Positions 1 to 8,544 of a stretch of DNA of 54,036 nt are shown in pieces; positions within the stretch are counted from its first letter, which is position 1; every line of letters begins with the position of its first letter. The DNA comes from an uncultured Bacillota bacterium (lineage in GTDB: Bacteria > Bacillota_I > Bacilli_A > ML615J-28 > CAG-313): NCBI GenBank assembly GCA_946611195.1, contig CAMODB010000006.1, forward strand, positions 1 to 54,036, read 5' to 3'. The translations under genes were made by a program, and so were the position numbers. The notes under the pieces were generated by a model that saw only the letters and a program-made list of their open reading frames with translations, had not been told where the DNA came from and did no database searches.

Positions 1-39
1 GATTAATCCTCCACACATTTTACATTTTATTTGTGGCAT
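1..39 (-). CDS. 5' end of a tandem paralogue of the Zn-ribbon/TPR/TIR protein (partial, runs off the window)
   Basis: ATG at 39 reads MPQIKCKMCGGLI, identical to the N-terminus of the 53..2023 protein, with the same RBS (AAGGGGT). Confidence 0.8.
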   Translation of the reverse strand, partial: MPQIKCKMCGGLI

Positions 40-55
40 AAATTCTTACCCCTTA
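1..55. repeat. Exact direct repeat, copy 1 (equals 1985..2039)
   Basis: 55/55 nt identical to 1985..2039; covers the upstream stop codon, RBS and first 13 codons; truncated by the window edge. Confidence 0.95.
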
Positions 56-2023
56 AGATACATAAACAATTACTAATATTAATGCTACCAAAATAAGAAA
101 TATAATTCCTGCTGAAATTAAACCAACATGTATTTTTTGTTTTAAATCTTCAGAGGATAGTATTAATTCATTAGTCATATTTTCTAATGTTTCTTTAGAA
201 TTATCAATCTCAATTAATTTTTTTTGTAATTCTTCATCTTTATTTATAATAATTCTTTCTTCACGCGTTATTGAATTAATACCTTCAAGTGTCTTTTTCT
301 TAAATGACAATTCAGACTTGCCTAAGGCTTTTTTACAGTTATCTGCTAGTTTTGTTATTTTATCAGTAACTATATTTTTTTTGCATATATCTCTCATTTC
401 TTCGGCTTTTTTAATATCAAATACTTTTTCTAAGTATTTTAATGCAAATTCCCAATTATGAGCATTATAAGCTTTGACCCCATTTTCATAATAAATCTTT
501 TGTTTATCTTTTAGTTTTTCTTTAACTTCTTGTTCTAATTTTTTTGATTCATCATCATTACAACGCGATAAATATTCTAAAGCATTAGAATAGTTACCAG
601 AATTATAATCTATTTTTGCAAGATATTTATAGTAATAATTGAAGGAACCAACACAATTATTTTCTAACTTTTGATACTTATTTGATTTTTCAAGATTTCT
701 GAATCGAGTATATAATGCATTAAGTTCATCAATATAGACGTGATGATTTTCAGTAAAATCGTTAAGTTTATTGTAGATATCATTTAAATTTGTATGAATT
801 GAATTTTCTTTTTGAATATCTTCTAATTTTGCTTTAAGTTCGGGATCTGCATATCTTAAAGTTCTTAAGAATTTTCGATTTGAGCTTAAGTCTTCATTTG
901 TATAATATAGATCATTCAATTTTTTACAATCACATTCAACTATAACATATAATAAATATGCTTTTGTACATTCAGGATCAATCGATAAAATTTCATCTAA
1001 TAAACGCATTGCTTTTTTATTATCTTCATCTTCGATTAAAATCTCTACTCTTTTCAACATCGAATTGATTGTTTTTAAGGTTTCAGTATCTACACCTTCA
1101 AAGTTTGTGATTTCTTCTTTTTTATTTCGATTGAATATTTTATCTATTCCTCGAAGTAAATCTTGTAAGAAGCCTAATTTATTTAAATCTTGAGCTTGAA
1201 ATGATAATAATTCTTCTGGAAGTTCATACGCATCCATGTCTTTATAACATGGTATGATATATTTCTTTTCATCGTTCTTTAAAAAACTTAAATATCTTGA
1301 CCACTCATTCTTTACCCATACTGCTTCATAATATTCTGGTTTTGTTCCTATTACTAACATTACTTTTGATGATTTTAAAGCGGCATAGATATATGGTTCA
1401 TATTGTGATCCTAGCTTTGATTCCAAACTTATTCTTGAAAAGAATACTCGATATTTATTTTTTGTTAATTCTTGATATATATCTTGAGCGATTACTGAAT
1501 CTCTTGTTCTTTTCCCGTTCTCATCATTTTCTTTATAACAAATAAAAATATCATATGGCTCTTCATTTACTGATATCGCTAATATTCCTTTTTGAATATT
1601 ATTAATTACTTCAGCTTCTTCTTGATAAAGATTTCTCGCTATGACATCAGCACATTCGATAGCTTGTTTGTAATCATAATCTTCAAAGATTGGTGTTGAT
1701 TGAGTTCGATGACAAGTAGGTATTTTCTTTCCCGTCTTTGGATCATCTACATATTCAATACCATATCGACATAATACAATTCCCCAATGGGCTTCACTAT
1801 CCTTAGGATTTTCCGAAATAATATTTTCATATGTTAATAACGCTTTATCAAATTCATTACGTAATCTTAAATTATTAGCACGATTATGTAATGTCATTAA
1901 TTTATCATTATCTTTTATCTTAGGAACTGTTTGTGTTGTGCCACAAAATTCACATTCACAAACACTCTGATTATCCACTAATTGGATTAATCCTCCACAC
2001 ATTTTACATTTTATTTGTGGCAT
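53..2023 (-). CDS. TIR domain protein with N-terminal Zn ribbon, TPR-like repeats and C-terminal TM anchor
   Basis: CKMC-x14-CEFC; TPR-like helices; TIR at about aa156-297 (YDIFICYK...RVFFS...VMLVIGT...WVKNEW...IIPCY); hydrophobic C-terminus (ISAGIIFLILVALILVIVYV). Confidence 0.85.
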   Translation of the reverse strand: MPQIKCKMCGGLIQLVDNQSVCECEFCGTTQTVPKIKDNDKLMTLHNRANNLRLRNEFDKALLTYENIISENPKDSEAHWGIVLCRYGIEYVDDPKTGKKIPTCHRTQSTPIFEDYDYKQAIECADVIARNLYQEEAEVINNIQKGILAISVNEEPYDIFICYKENDENGKRTRDSVIAQDIYQELTKNKYRVFFSRISLESKLGSQYEPYIYAALKSSKVMLVIGTKPEYYEAVWVKNEWSRYLSFLKNDEKKYIIPCYKDMDAYELPEELLSFQAQDLNKLGFLQDLLRGIDKIFNRNKKEEITNFEGVDTETLKTINSMLKRVEILIEDEDNKKAMRLLDEILSIDPECTKAYLLYVIVECDCKKLNDLYYTNEDLSSNRKFLRTLRYADPELKAKLEDIQKENSIHTNLNDIYNKLNDFTENHHVYIDELNALYTRFRNLEKSNKYQKLENNCVGSFNYYYKYLAKIDYNSGNYSNALEYLSRCNDDESKKLEQEVKEKLKDKQKIYYENGVKAYNAHNWEFALKYLEKVFDIKKAEEMRDICKKNIVTDKITKLADNCKKALGKSELSFKKKTLEGINSITREERIIINKDEELQKKLIEIDNSKETLENMTNELILSSEDLKQKIHVGLISAGIIFLILVALILVIVYVS

Positions 2024-2039
2024 AAATTCTTACCCCTTA
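1985..2039. repeat. Exact direct repeat, copy 2 (equals 1..55)
   Basis: Direct sequence comparison. Confidence 0.95.
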
Positions 2040-2735
2040 TTTGTTCATTTTACAAATAATATTTCTCTCATTAACAAGTTTTTGTAATTGTTCTATATAT
2101 TGTTCAAATAAATTATAATCACCTGTATTATAAGCATTTTTCAACATTAAATATGTTTTGTTAATTTCATCTTCAATGTCTATTAATTTATCATCAGATA
2201 CTGGATCAGAATAAATAACTAATTCATATAAATCATTTATTTTCTTTTGTAAAGGTTGATAATCGTAACTAGCCATGAATACTTTAAAATCATTTTTTAA
2301 ATTATCCATTAAGGATGTTGTTACATTTAATTTTTCATCTTGTCTTTCGACTTCTTCTTTAACACCAGTTGTGATAAAGATACCAATTAGAACAAAAACA
2401 ATAAAGATAATTGGAACTATAATACTTAAAATAGTTGGAATATTATAATAAATATTTAAGATAAAGATAGCAAGATTATAAAGAAGCGAAATTATTAAAT
2501 AAATAATACTTACTTTTAAAATTGGTAATCCATATACTTTGCTTTTTAATGTTTCATTTTTAAAGAATACTAAATAGAAAACATAAATTTGAAATAAGAA
2601 AGCTATTGCGGCAAAAACATAATTTAATGCAAAAACTGTTTTATTTTGTTGAACAACTGGAATCAAGAAATAACAAAGTGTATAAGCTAACAATAATAAA
2701 ACTATTGATAAAGAAGTTCTTAATAAATTTTTCAT
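2037..2735 (-). CDS. Hypothetical membrane protein (4 TM plus C-terminal helical domain)
   Basis: Four hydrophobic segments in aa1-122, then a charged helical tail with a YSDPVS motif; starts 2 nt after the SPFH gene stop. Confidence 0.85.
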   Translation of the reverse strand: MKNLLRTSLSIVLLLLAYTLCYFLIPVVQQNKTVFALNYVFAAIAFLFQIYVFYLVFFKNETLKSKVYGLPILKVSIIYLIISLLYNLAIFILNIYYNIPTILSIIVPIIFIVFVLIGIFITTGVKEEVERQDEKLNVTTSLMDNLKNDFKVFMASYDYQPLQKKINDLYELVIYSDPVSDDKLIDIEDEINKTYLMLKNAYNTGDYNLFEQYIEQLQKLVNERNIICKMNK

Positions 2736-2737
2736 TA

Positions 2738-4165
2738 TTATTCTCCTTTCTTCTTACCACATAATGGACAGAATAATGTTGTTATTCCTTTATTACCACA
2801 ACTGCAATCCCAGCTATCATTATTCTTTTCTATTTGTTGTTTAGGTGTTCCACAATTTGGACAGAATGGTGTAGTAAGTTTGACATGACAGTTAGGGCAT
2901 TCCCATTCATCATTATTTACATTACTAACTACTTCTTTTCCTGCTTCAATTCCTTGTGATGCAGTATTAGACATTGCGCCTTTAACTTGATTTACTACTT
3001 CACTCATTACGCCAACACCTACGCCAACACCTACCATAGAATTAACAGCTCCAACTGTTGAAGCAGAACCACCACCTGTATTTGATGCAGCTGCTTCCGC
3101 AACTCTTCTTTGCGTTTCTTGTTGATATGTGTAACCTTTCATTCTCATTTCTGCGGCTTCTGCTTCTGCTTTCATCTTATAAGCTTGTGCTTCAGCTTGA
3201 GCGGCAATAAGTTGTTCTTGAGCTCCTGTTTGGGCTTCGACAATCTTTCTTTCTTGTTTTGCTTCGGCTTCTGCTTTAAGAATTCTTTCTTGTTGAACTC
3301 TTAAATACCTTTCCGCATATTGCTGTTTTAGACGAATGAAATTAGGATCATCATCAGGTGTAACAATAGTTGTAATATAGAATTCTGGCATTATTAAACC
3401 ATAATCAGCTAAAGCTAGATTAATCTTTTCTTTAATGATGATTGATAAATCTTCTAAATATTCATCAACTTCTAGAATATTAATATCATTTTCTCTAATT
3501 GTTTTAGCTAAAAAAGTTTTAACTTTATTTATTACTAAAGCTTTGAATTTACTATTCATTGTTTTAGTACTAAAATCATTACCTAAAATTTCTGATTGAT
3601 TTAAACCATTCGCTGTACCAACAAGTTTAACTAATAATTTACGAGAATTTTCTACTCTTAAATTAAATTCACCAGAAGCTCCTAATTCTAGATGTAAACC
3701 AGAAATTGGATCAAACATTCTTACTTTGGAATCGGTACCCCATTTGATTCCCATTTGCGTTACTAAATTTATATAATAAATTTCCGTATGGAAAATTGTT
3801 TCTTTGCCAGTTGGAATCTTATATAATTCTTTTAATAATGGGATGTTTTGTGTTTCAAGTGTATAACGACCAGGACCAAATAAATCTAAAGCTTTTCCAT
3901 CTTTAAAGAAAATAGCTTCTTGTGATTCATGGACAATAAGTTGGGATCCAGTATTGAAATCTTCAATTGGATGTTTCCAAATAAAGACATCATTTGGTCC
4001 TTCATATTTAATTACTGATATAAGGCCTTTCTTTTCCATCGCTTTTTTGCTAAGAGCAGCACCTACATCAACACGTTTTTTACAAATAGGGCATTCAATA
4101 AATGTGCTATTTGATGAAACGCTAATTTCACAACCACAATCTGGACATTTAATTAATTCTGACAT
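2738..4165 (-). CDS. SPFH/Band-7 domain protein (YdjI-like) with N-terminal and C-terminal Zn ribbons
   Basis: GSQLIVHESQEAIFFKDG...FGPGRYTLET.NIP...KWGT motifs; AEA-rich coiled coil; N-terminal CPDC/CPIC; C-terminal CPNC/CPNC and CSC/CPLC. Confidence 0.9.
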   Translation of the reverse strand: MSELIKCPDCGCEISVSSNSTFIECPICKKRVDVGAALSKKAMEKKGLISVIKYEGPNDVFIWKHPIEDFNTGSQLIVHESQEAIFFKDGKALDLFGPGRYTLETQNIPLLKELYKIPTGKETIFHTEIYYINLVTQMGIKWGTDSKVRMFDPISGLHLELGASGEFNLRVENSRKLLVKLVGTANGLNQSEILGNDFSTKTMNSKFKALVINKVKTFLAKTIRENDINILEVDEYLEDLSIIIKEKINLALADYGLIMPEFYITTIVTPDDDPNFIRLKQQYAERYLRVQQERILKAEAEAKQERKIVEAQTGAQEQLIAAQAEAQAYKMKAEAEAAEMRMKGYTYQQETQRRVAEAAASNTGGGSASTVGAVNSMVGVGVGVGVMSEVVNQVKGAMSNTASQGIEAGKEVVSNVNNDEWECPNCHVKLTTPFCPNCGTPKQQIEKNNDSWDCSCGNKGITTLFCPLCGKKKGE

Positions 4166-4359
4166 TATTCACTTACCTCAATTTCTATATTTTCTACTGC
4201 AAATTCTAAACAAGTAACAATTATTTCTGTTCTTGTTCTTCCTGTATCGTTAGATATTTTATCAATTTTACTTAATAAATCATTATTTAATCTAATTGAT
4301 ACAAGAGACGAGTCACCCTTATAGGGTTTAGAATGTATAATTAATTTTTTATCTCCCAT
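4165..4359 (-). CDS. Ribbon-helix-helix (CopG-like) transcriptional regulator
   Basis: 64 aa; beta strand LVSIRL followed by two helices (DLLSKIDKIS / GRTRTEII); TAATG overlap with the SPFH gene; RBS GAGAGG. Confidence 0.85.
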   Translation of the reverse strand: MGDKKLIIHSKPYKGDSSLVSIRLNNDLLSKIDKISNDTGRTRTEIIVTCLEFAVENIEIEVSE

Positions 4360-4378
4360 GTTTACCTCTCTATTTAAA

Positions 4379-4424
4379 AATACATTTGCAATACTATTGT
4401 ATTACAAATGTATTATTATTTCAA
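4379..4424 (-). promoter_or_regulatory. Sigma70-type promoter overlapped by a 16-bp-arm inverted repeat (putative RHH operator)
   Basis: Minus strand TTGAAA (4424-4419), 17 bp, TACAAT (4401-4396); inverted repeat AATACATTTGCAATAC-tatt-GTATTACAAATGTATT at 4379-4414 with 1 mismatch. Confidence 0.7.
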
Positions 4425-4434
4425 ATATAATGCT

Positions 4435-5520
4435 TTAATCTTGCCAATTAGCTAAAATCATATTGGCTAGACATGCTCTAACACGCATATGCTTAGTATT
4501 ATTTCTAGTTGGATGAACACGATTTGATAAAAGAACAAAACCTAAATTTCGATCTCGATCAATCCAAATATTAGTACCAGTAAAACCAGTATGAAGAATT
4601 GAATTATCGGATATATAATCTCCGGCATTCGAGAAAGTTTCATGAGCTTGCCAACCTAGATTACGAGCTTTGACAGGGATTACACCAATACTATCGAATT
4701 CAGATATTTGACGTTTAAACATTAAATCAACGGTTTGTTTACTTATGATTTCTTGACCATCTAAAGTACCATTATTTAAAATCATTTTGATAAAACGGCT
4801 GGCATCCATTACTGTTGAGAATAATCCGGCATGACCAGCCACTCCTCCTAACGCAAAGCTTGTTTCATCATGCACATAGCCTTTAACATAACCATGATAA
4901 CTTTCATCATCACGATATTCAGTAGCAGCACAACGTTCTTTATCGTTTGGAAGATATCCTGTATCAACCATTTTAAGGGGTTCAAAGATATTCTTTTTCG
5001 CATAATCATTTAATTTTAAGCCACTAACGATTTCGACAATTTTACCAAGAATTATAAAATTAATATCGGAATAAACAATTTTACTACCTGGCTTGAACAT
5101 TAATTCAACTTGATAAATTTTATCCCATATATCTTTTTCTTTAGCTATATCTTTTCTACCTGGTACTCCTTCTGGTAGTCCTGAACAATGAGTCATTAAA
5201 TGCCAAATTGTTAATTCATCATGTTTGAAATTAGGTAGGTAATAATTTATTTTATCAAATAAACGAATCTTGCCTTGTTCTAATAATTGCATGATACAAG
5301 TAGTAGTACATACTACTTTTGTTAATGATGCCATATCATAAATGGTGTCAATTTTATTTTCTTTTTTTTCAGGATATAATTCTTGATATCCTACATAACC
5401 ACTATAGATTTTATCTTTAGTGATAAAAGCATAGGTAGCACCGGGAAAAGCTCCATCACGAACGGCATCATTTAAAATTTCTTCAATTTTTTCTTTAATA
5501 TTATTTGAATTTAATAACAT
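4435..5520 (-). CDS. Serine hydrolase, beta-lactamase/AmpC-EstB family
   Basis: SLTK (SxxK), LMTHCSG, YSD, GHAGLFS and HTGFTG motifs; ATG at 5520 preferred (ORF is open to GTG 5538); overlaps the tyrS end. Confidence 0.9.
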   Translation of the reverse strand: MLLNSNNIKEKIEEILNDAVRDGAFPGATYAFITKDKIYSGYVGYQELYPEKKENKIDTIYDMASLTKVVCTTTCIMQLLEQGKIRLFDKINYYLPNFKHDELTIWHLMTHCSGLPEGVPGRKDIAKEKDIWDKIYQVELMFKPGSKIVYSDINFIILGKIVEIVSGLKLNDYAKKNIFEPLKMVDTGYLPNDKERCAATEYRDDESYHGYVKGYVHDETSFALGGVAGHAGLFSTVMDASRFIKMILNNGTLDGQEIISKQTVDLMFKRQISEFDSIGVIPVKARNLGWQAHETFSNAGDYISDNSILHTGFTGTNIWIDRDRNLGFVLLSNRVHPTRNNTKHMRVRACLANMILANWQD

Positions 5521-6733
5521 AATAATTCTTCTTTCCACGTCTTATGATTAATAAATTATCACAAATACAATCATCTTTAGTTAAGACCTTATTTAGATCT
5601 TTAACGATTTCTCCATTAATCATAACGCCACCACCATTAATAAAATCACGAGCTTCACGATTTGATTTACTAGCGCCAACTAAAGTTAAAGCATTAATAA
5701 GACCAATTTCACTGTCTACTTCCGCAGTAGGTAAGCCTTCAAAGCCCATTCTGATTTCTTCACTACTTAAGTCTTTGATATTACCACTAAATAAAGATTC
5801 TGAAACTCTTAAAGCTTGTTCGTAAGCAGCATCGCCATGAATCATAATTGTCATTTCTTTTGCGAGAGCTTTTTGGGCTACTCTTAAATGTGGACTTTCT
5901 TTAAAGCTTAATTCGATTTCTTCAATTTCTTCTTTTGTTAAGAAAGTGAATTGTTTTAATTCTTTAATAACATCAGCATCTGGTGTATTTAACCAAAATT
6001 GATAGAAAGCATAAGGTGAAGTTTTCTTTGGATCAAGCCATACTGTACCAGATTCTGATTTGCCAAATTTTGTACCATCACTCTTCATGAAGAGTGGTGC
6101 TGTAAACCCTCCAGCAAATACTTCTGTACCATGTAATTTACGAATTAATTCTAAGCCACTAGTAATATTACCCCATTGATCTTGACCACCAATTTGTAAG
6201 GTAACACCTTTTTCTTTAAATAAATGTTCAAAATCTAAAGCTTGTAAAATTTGATATGTGAATTCAGTATAAGAAATACCACTATCCAATCTTGATTTAA
6301 CTGTTTCTTTATTAATCATATAATTAACATTGAATAATTTACCATAATCACGAAGGAAGGTAATTAAATCAAGTTTGCCAATCCAATCATAATTATTAAC
6401 CATTTCACAATTAAAAAGATTTTTAACTTGTGCATATAAGCATTCCGCATTATGATTAATTTGTTCTTTAGTTAACATCTTTCTTTCAGCAGTTGGTTTA
6501 GGATCACCGATAAAGCCAGTACCTCCTCCAATTAAGAGAATAGGATGGTGTCCAGCTTTTTCTAATCTTTTAGCTAGGATAAAGACTAATAAATGGCCAA
6601 CATGTAAACTATCGCCAGTTGGATCAGTACCTAAATAGAATGTTTCGTTTCCGCCATTTATTTTATCTATTACACTTTCATCAGTTATATTATATACTAA
6701 ACCTCTATATTCTAATTCTTCATATAATGTCAT
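5501..6733 (-). CDS. tyrS: Tyrosine--tRNA ligase
   Basis: HVGH (HIGH), KFGKS (KMSKS), QIGGQDQWGNI, C-terminal S4-like domain. Confidence 0.98.
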   Translation of the reverse strand: MTLYEELEYRGLVYNITDESVIDKINGGNETFYLGTDPTGDSLHVGHLLVFILAKRLEKAGHHPILLIGGGTGFIGDPKPTAERKMLTKEQINHNAECLYAQVKNLFNCEMVNNYDWIGKLDLITFLRDYGKLFNVNYMINKETVKSRLDSGISYTEFTYQILQALDFEHLFKEKGVTLQIGGQDQWGNITSGLELIRKLHGTEVFAGGFTAPLFMKSDGTKFGKSESGTVWLDPKKTSPYAFYQFWLNTPDADVIKELKQFTFLTKEEIEEIELSFKESPHLRVAQKALAKEMTIMIHGDAAYEQALRVSESLFSGNIKDLSSEEIRMGFEGLPTAEVDSEIGLINALTLVGASKSNREARDFINGGGVMINGEIVKDLNKVLTKDDCICDNLLIIRRGKKNYYVIKFK

Positions 6734-6757
6734 TTCCTTTTCCTCTTTTCTAAATAA

Positions 6758-6985
6758 ATAAAAACGCCCTTAAAGTATTAACTTTAAGGACGAAATTGCT
6801 TCCGCGGTACCACCTTAATTCTTAATATAGCTTATTAAAAATAATTATATTAAGCACTCAAAATAATTTATGAAGCAAGACTTTTTTATTCTTGCGTACC
6901 GTGTAATTCATTTTATAGCCAAGTTATTCTTTCACCAACCGAATAATCTCTACATTTCTATCTATAAAACTACTTTGTGGATTCT
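6758..6985 (-). promoter_or_regulatory. T-box riboswitch (Tyr)
   Basis: Minus strand: AGUA, stem TTTTATAG/CTATAAAA, AGAGA and GGTGAAA boxes, GAA then UAC specifier (6905-6903), T-box AAGGTGGTACCGCG, terminator CGTCCTTAAAGT..ACTTTAAGGGCG-TTTTT. Confidence 0.93.
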
Positions 6986-8001
6986 CTCCATACAATGTTG
7001 TAATCAACATATTTCTTAACATCAATATTAACTGGTTCTTCTGATTGATTAGCATCAATTAATTCCATCAATAAATCCATCGCTGCTTCTCCTAAATCAA
7101 AGATAGGCGTATTAATACAAGTTAAAGATGGACGTGATAATTCAGAATAACGGGCATTTTGACAACCAATTACTTGAACATCATCAGGTACTTTTAAACC
7201 ACTATTGACAACCGCATTAACAAGAGAAGTTGCGATAGAATCACGAACAACAATTGCTACTTCTGGATGATCTTGTTCAAACATTTCTTTAAAGATAGTG
7301 GAATTAAGTTCTGGATTACCTGGAACATATTTTACTTCTGGAGTAAGTCCAGCTTCTTCCATAGCTTTCTTATAACCATTAATTTTTAAATCATTAACTA
7401 AATATTTACGAACAGTTGAGATAATCCAAATCTTCTTATTACCACGACTAATCATTTCTTTAGTTATTTCATATACAGCTTTAAAATAATTAATAGAAAC
7501 ACTTGGAACTTCTTCATCGTTACATTCAACACTAGTTAATACAACTGGAGCATAGCTCTTTTTAATTAAATCAATCTTTTCTTGGTTGATTTCATCATCA
7601 ACAAATAAGATACCATCAACTACGCTGGATAAAATAGTACTCCAGAATTCTTCTTCATTTTCTTCATTTGCGTCACCAGCATGATGAACAAATAAACGAA
7701 GTAGATAATTTCTTTTTTGTGCACAAGCTGCAATACCATCAACCATGCCGCCGATTGATGAACGAGCAAGTTCAGGAACAACTACCGCAACCGTTGTTGA
7801 TTTCGAGCTAGCTAAGGATTTAGCATTTAGATTAGGTTTATAGCCTTTTTCTTTAATAATTCTTTCAATTTTTTCTCTCGTTTCTTTTTTTACTTTTTCA
7901 GGATGATTAGTAACTCTCGATACGGTAGCTAAACTTACACCAGCCGCAAGAGCTACTTCCATAATCGTTGTCTGATTATTCATTTTGCTATCGATTTTCA
8001 T
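6970..8001 (-). CDS. ccpA: LacI-family regulator, catabolite control protein A-like
   Basis: HTH TIMEVALAAGVSLATVSRV; ASSKSTTV, PSVSINY and GYKKAMEEAGL resemble CcpA; RBS AAGGAG. Confidence 0.7.
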   Translation of the reverse strand: MKIDSKMNNQTTIMEVALAAGVSLATVSRVTNHPEKVKKETREKIERIIKEKGYKPNLNAKSLASSKSTTVAVVVPELARSSIGGMVDGIAACAQKRNYLLRLFVHHAGDANEENEEEFWSTILSSVVDGILFVDDEINQEKIDLIKKSYAPVVLTSVECNDEEVPSVSINYFKAVYEITKEMISRGNKKIWIISTVRKYLVNDLKINGYKKAMEEAGLTPEVKYVPGNPELNSTIFKEMFEQDHPEVAIVVRDSIATSLVNAVVNSGLKVPDDVQVIGCQNARYSELSRPSLTCINTPIFDLGEAAMDLLMELIDANQSEEPVNIDVKKYVDYNIVWRESTK

Positions 8002-8053
8002 TATTTTTCTCCTTTCCCTTAAATTTTTATTCCTTTCCTACAAATACGATAGT

Positions 8054-8082
8054 ATTATATCATACTTTAAATCTTTTTGCAA
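8054..8082 (-). promoter_or_regulatory. Sigma70 promoter for the ccpA-like gene
   Basis: TTGCAA-17bp-TATAAT with extended -10 TG. Confidence 0.6.
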
Positions 8083-8136
8083 ATGTTTTTATGAAAATTT
8101 TTTAAATTTTTCATATTTTTTACATTTTGTTTTCAT

Positions 8137-8163
8137 AAAAAAAGACTGTTTAATAAAACAGTC
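8137..8163 (-). terminator. Intrinsic terminator after rplS
   Basis: GACTGTTT/AAACAGTC stem followed by a T-run on the minus strand. Confidence 0.75.
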
Positions 8164-8175
8164 ATTTTTTTGTGA

Positions 8176-8523
8176 TTAGTCTCTTCTTTCTTGAATACGA
8201 GATTGTTTTGCAGAAAGATTACGTACATAATTGATTTTAGCACGACGTACAACACCACGACGTGTAACTTCAATTTTAGCAACAAGTGGACTATGAACAG
8301 GGAATGTTCTTTCAACACCAACACCGGAAGAGATTTTACGAACTGTATAAGTTGCGCTAATTCCACCACCATTACGACCGATAACTAGGCCTTCGAATAC
8401 TTGGATTCTTTCCTTGTCGCCTTCTTTAATTCTTACGTGTACTCTAACTGTATCACCAGCACGGAATTCTGGAACATCATTTTTTAGATATTCATTAGTA
8501 ACCGCTTCAAGTAATTTACTCAT
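8176..8523 (-). CDS. rplS: 50S ribosomal protein L19
   Basis: [12 protein letters not shown]...RIQVFEG...[15 protein letters not shown]...GVVRRAK. Confidence 0.99.
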   Translation of the reverse strand: MSKLLEAVTNEYLKNDVPEFRAGDTVRVHVRIKEGDKERIQVFEGLVIGRNGGGISATYTVRKISSGVGVERTFPVHSPLVAKIEVTRRGVVRRAKINYVRNLSAKQSRIQERRD

Positions 8524-8544
8524 GTTTATACACTCCTTTATTAT

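Noticed and set aside
1971-1979. DnaA-box-like TTATCCAC
   Set aside because: Isolated imperfect matches inside coding sequence; no cluster.
1-2039. 55-bp repeat as an att site or IS end
   Set aside because: No integrase or transposase in the window, and the repeat boundary coincides with stop-RBS-start, fitting gene duplication.
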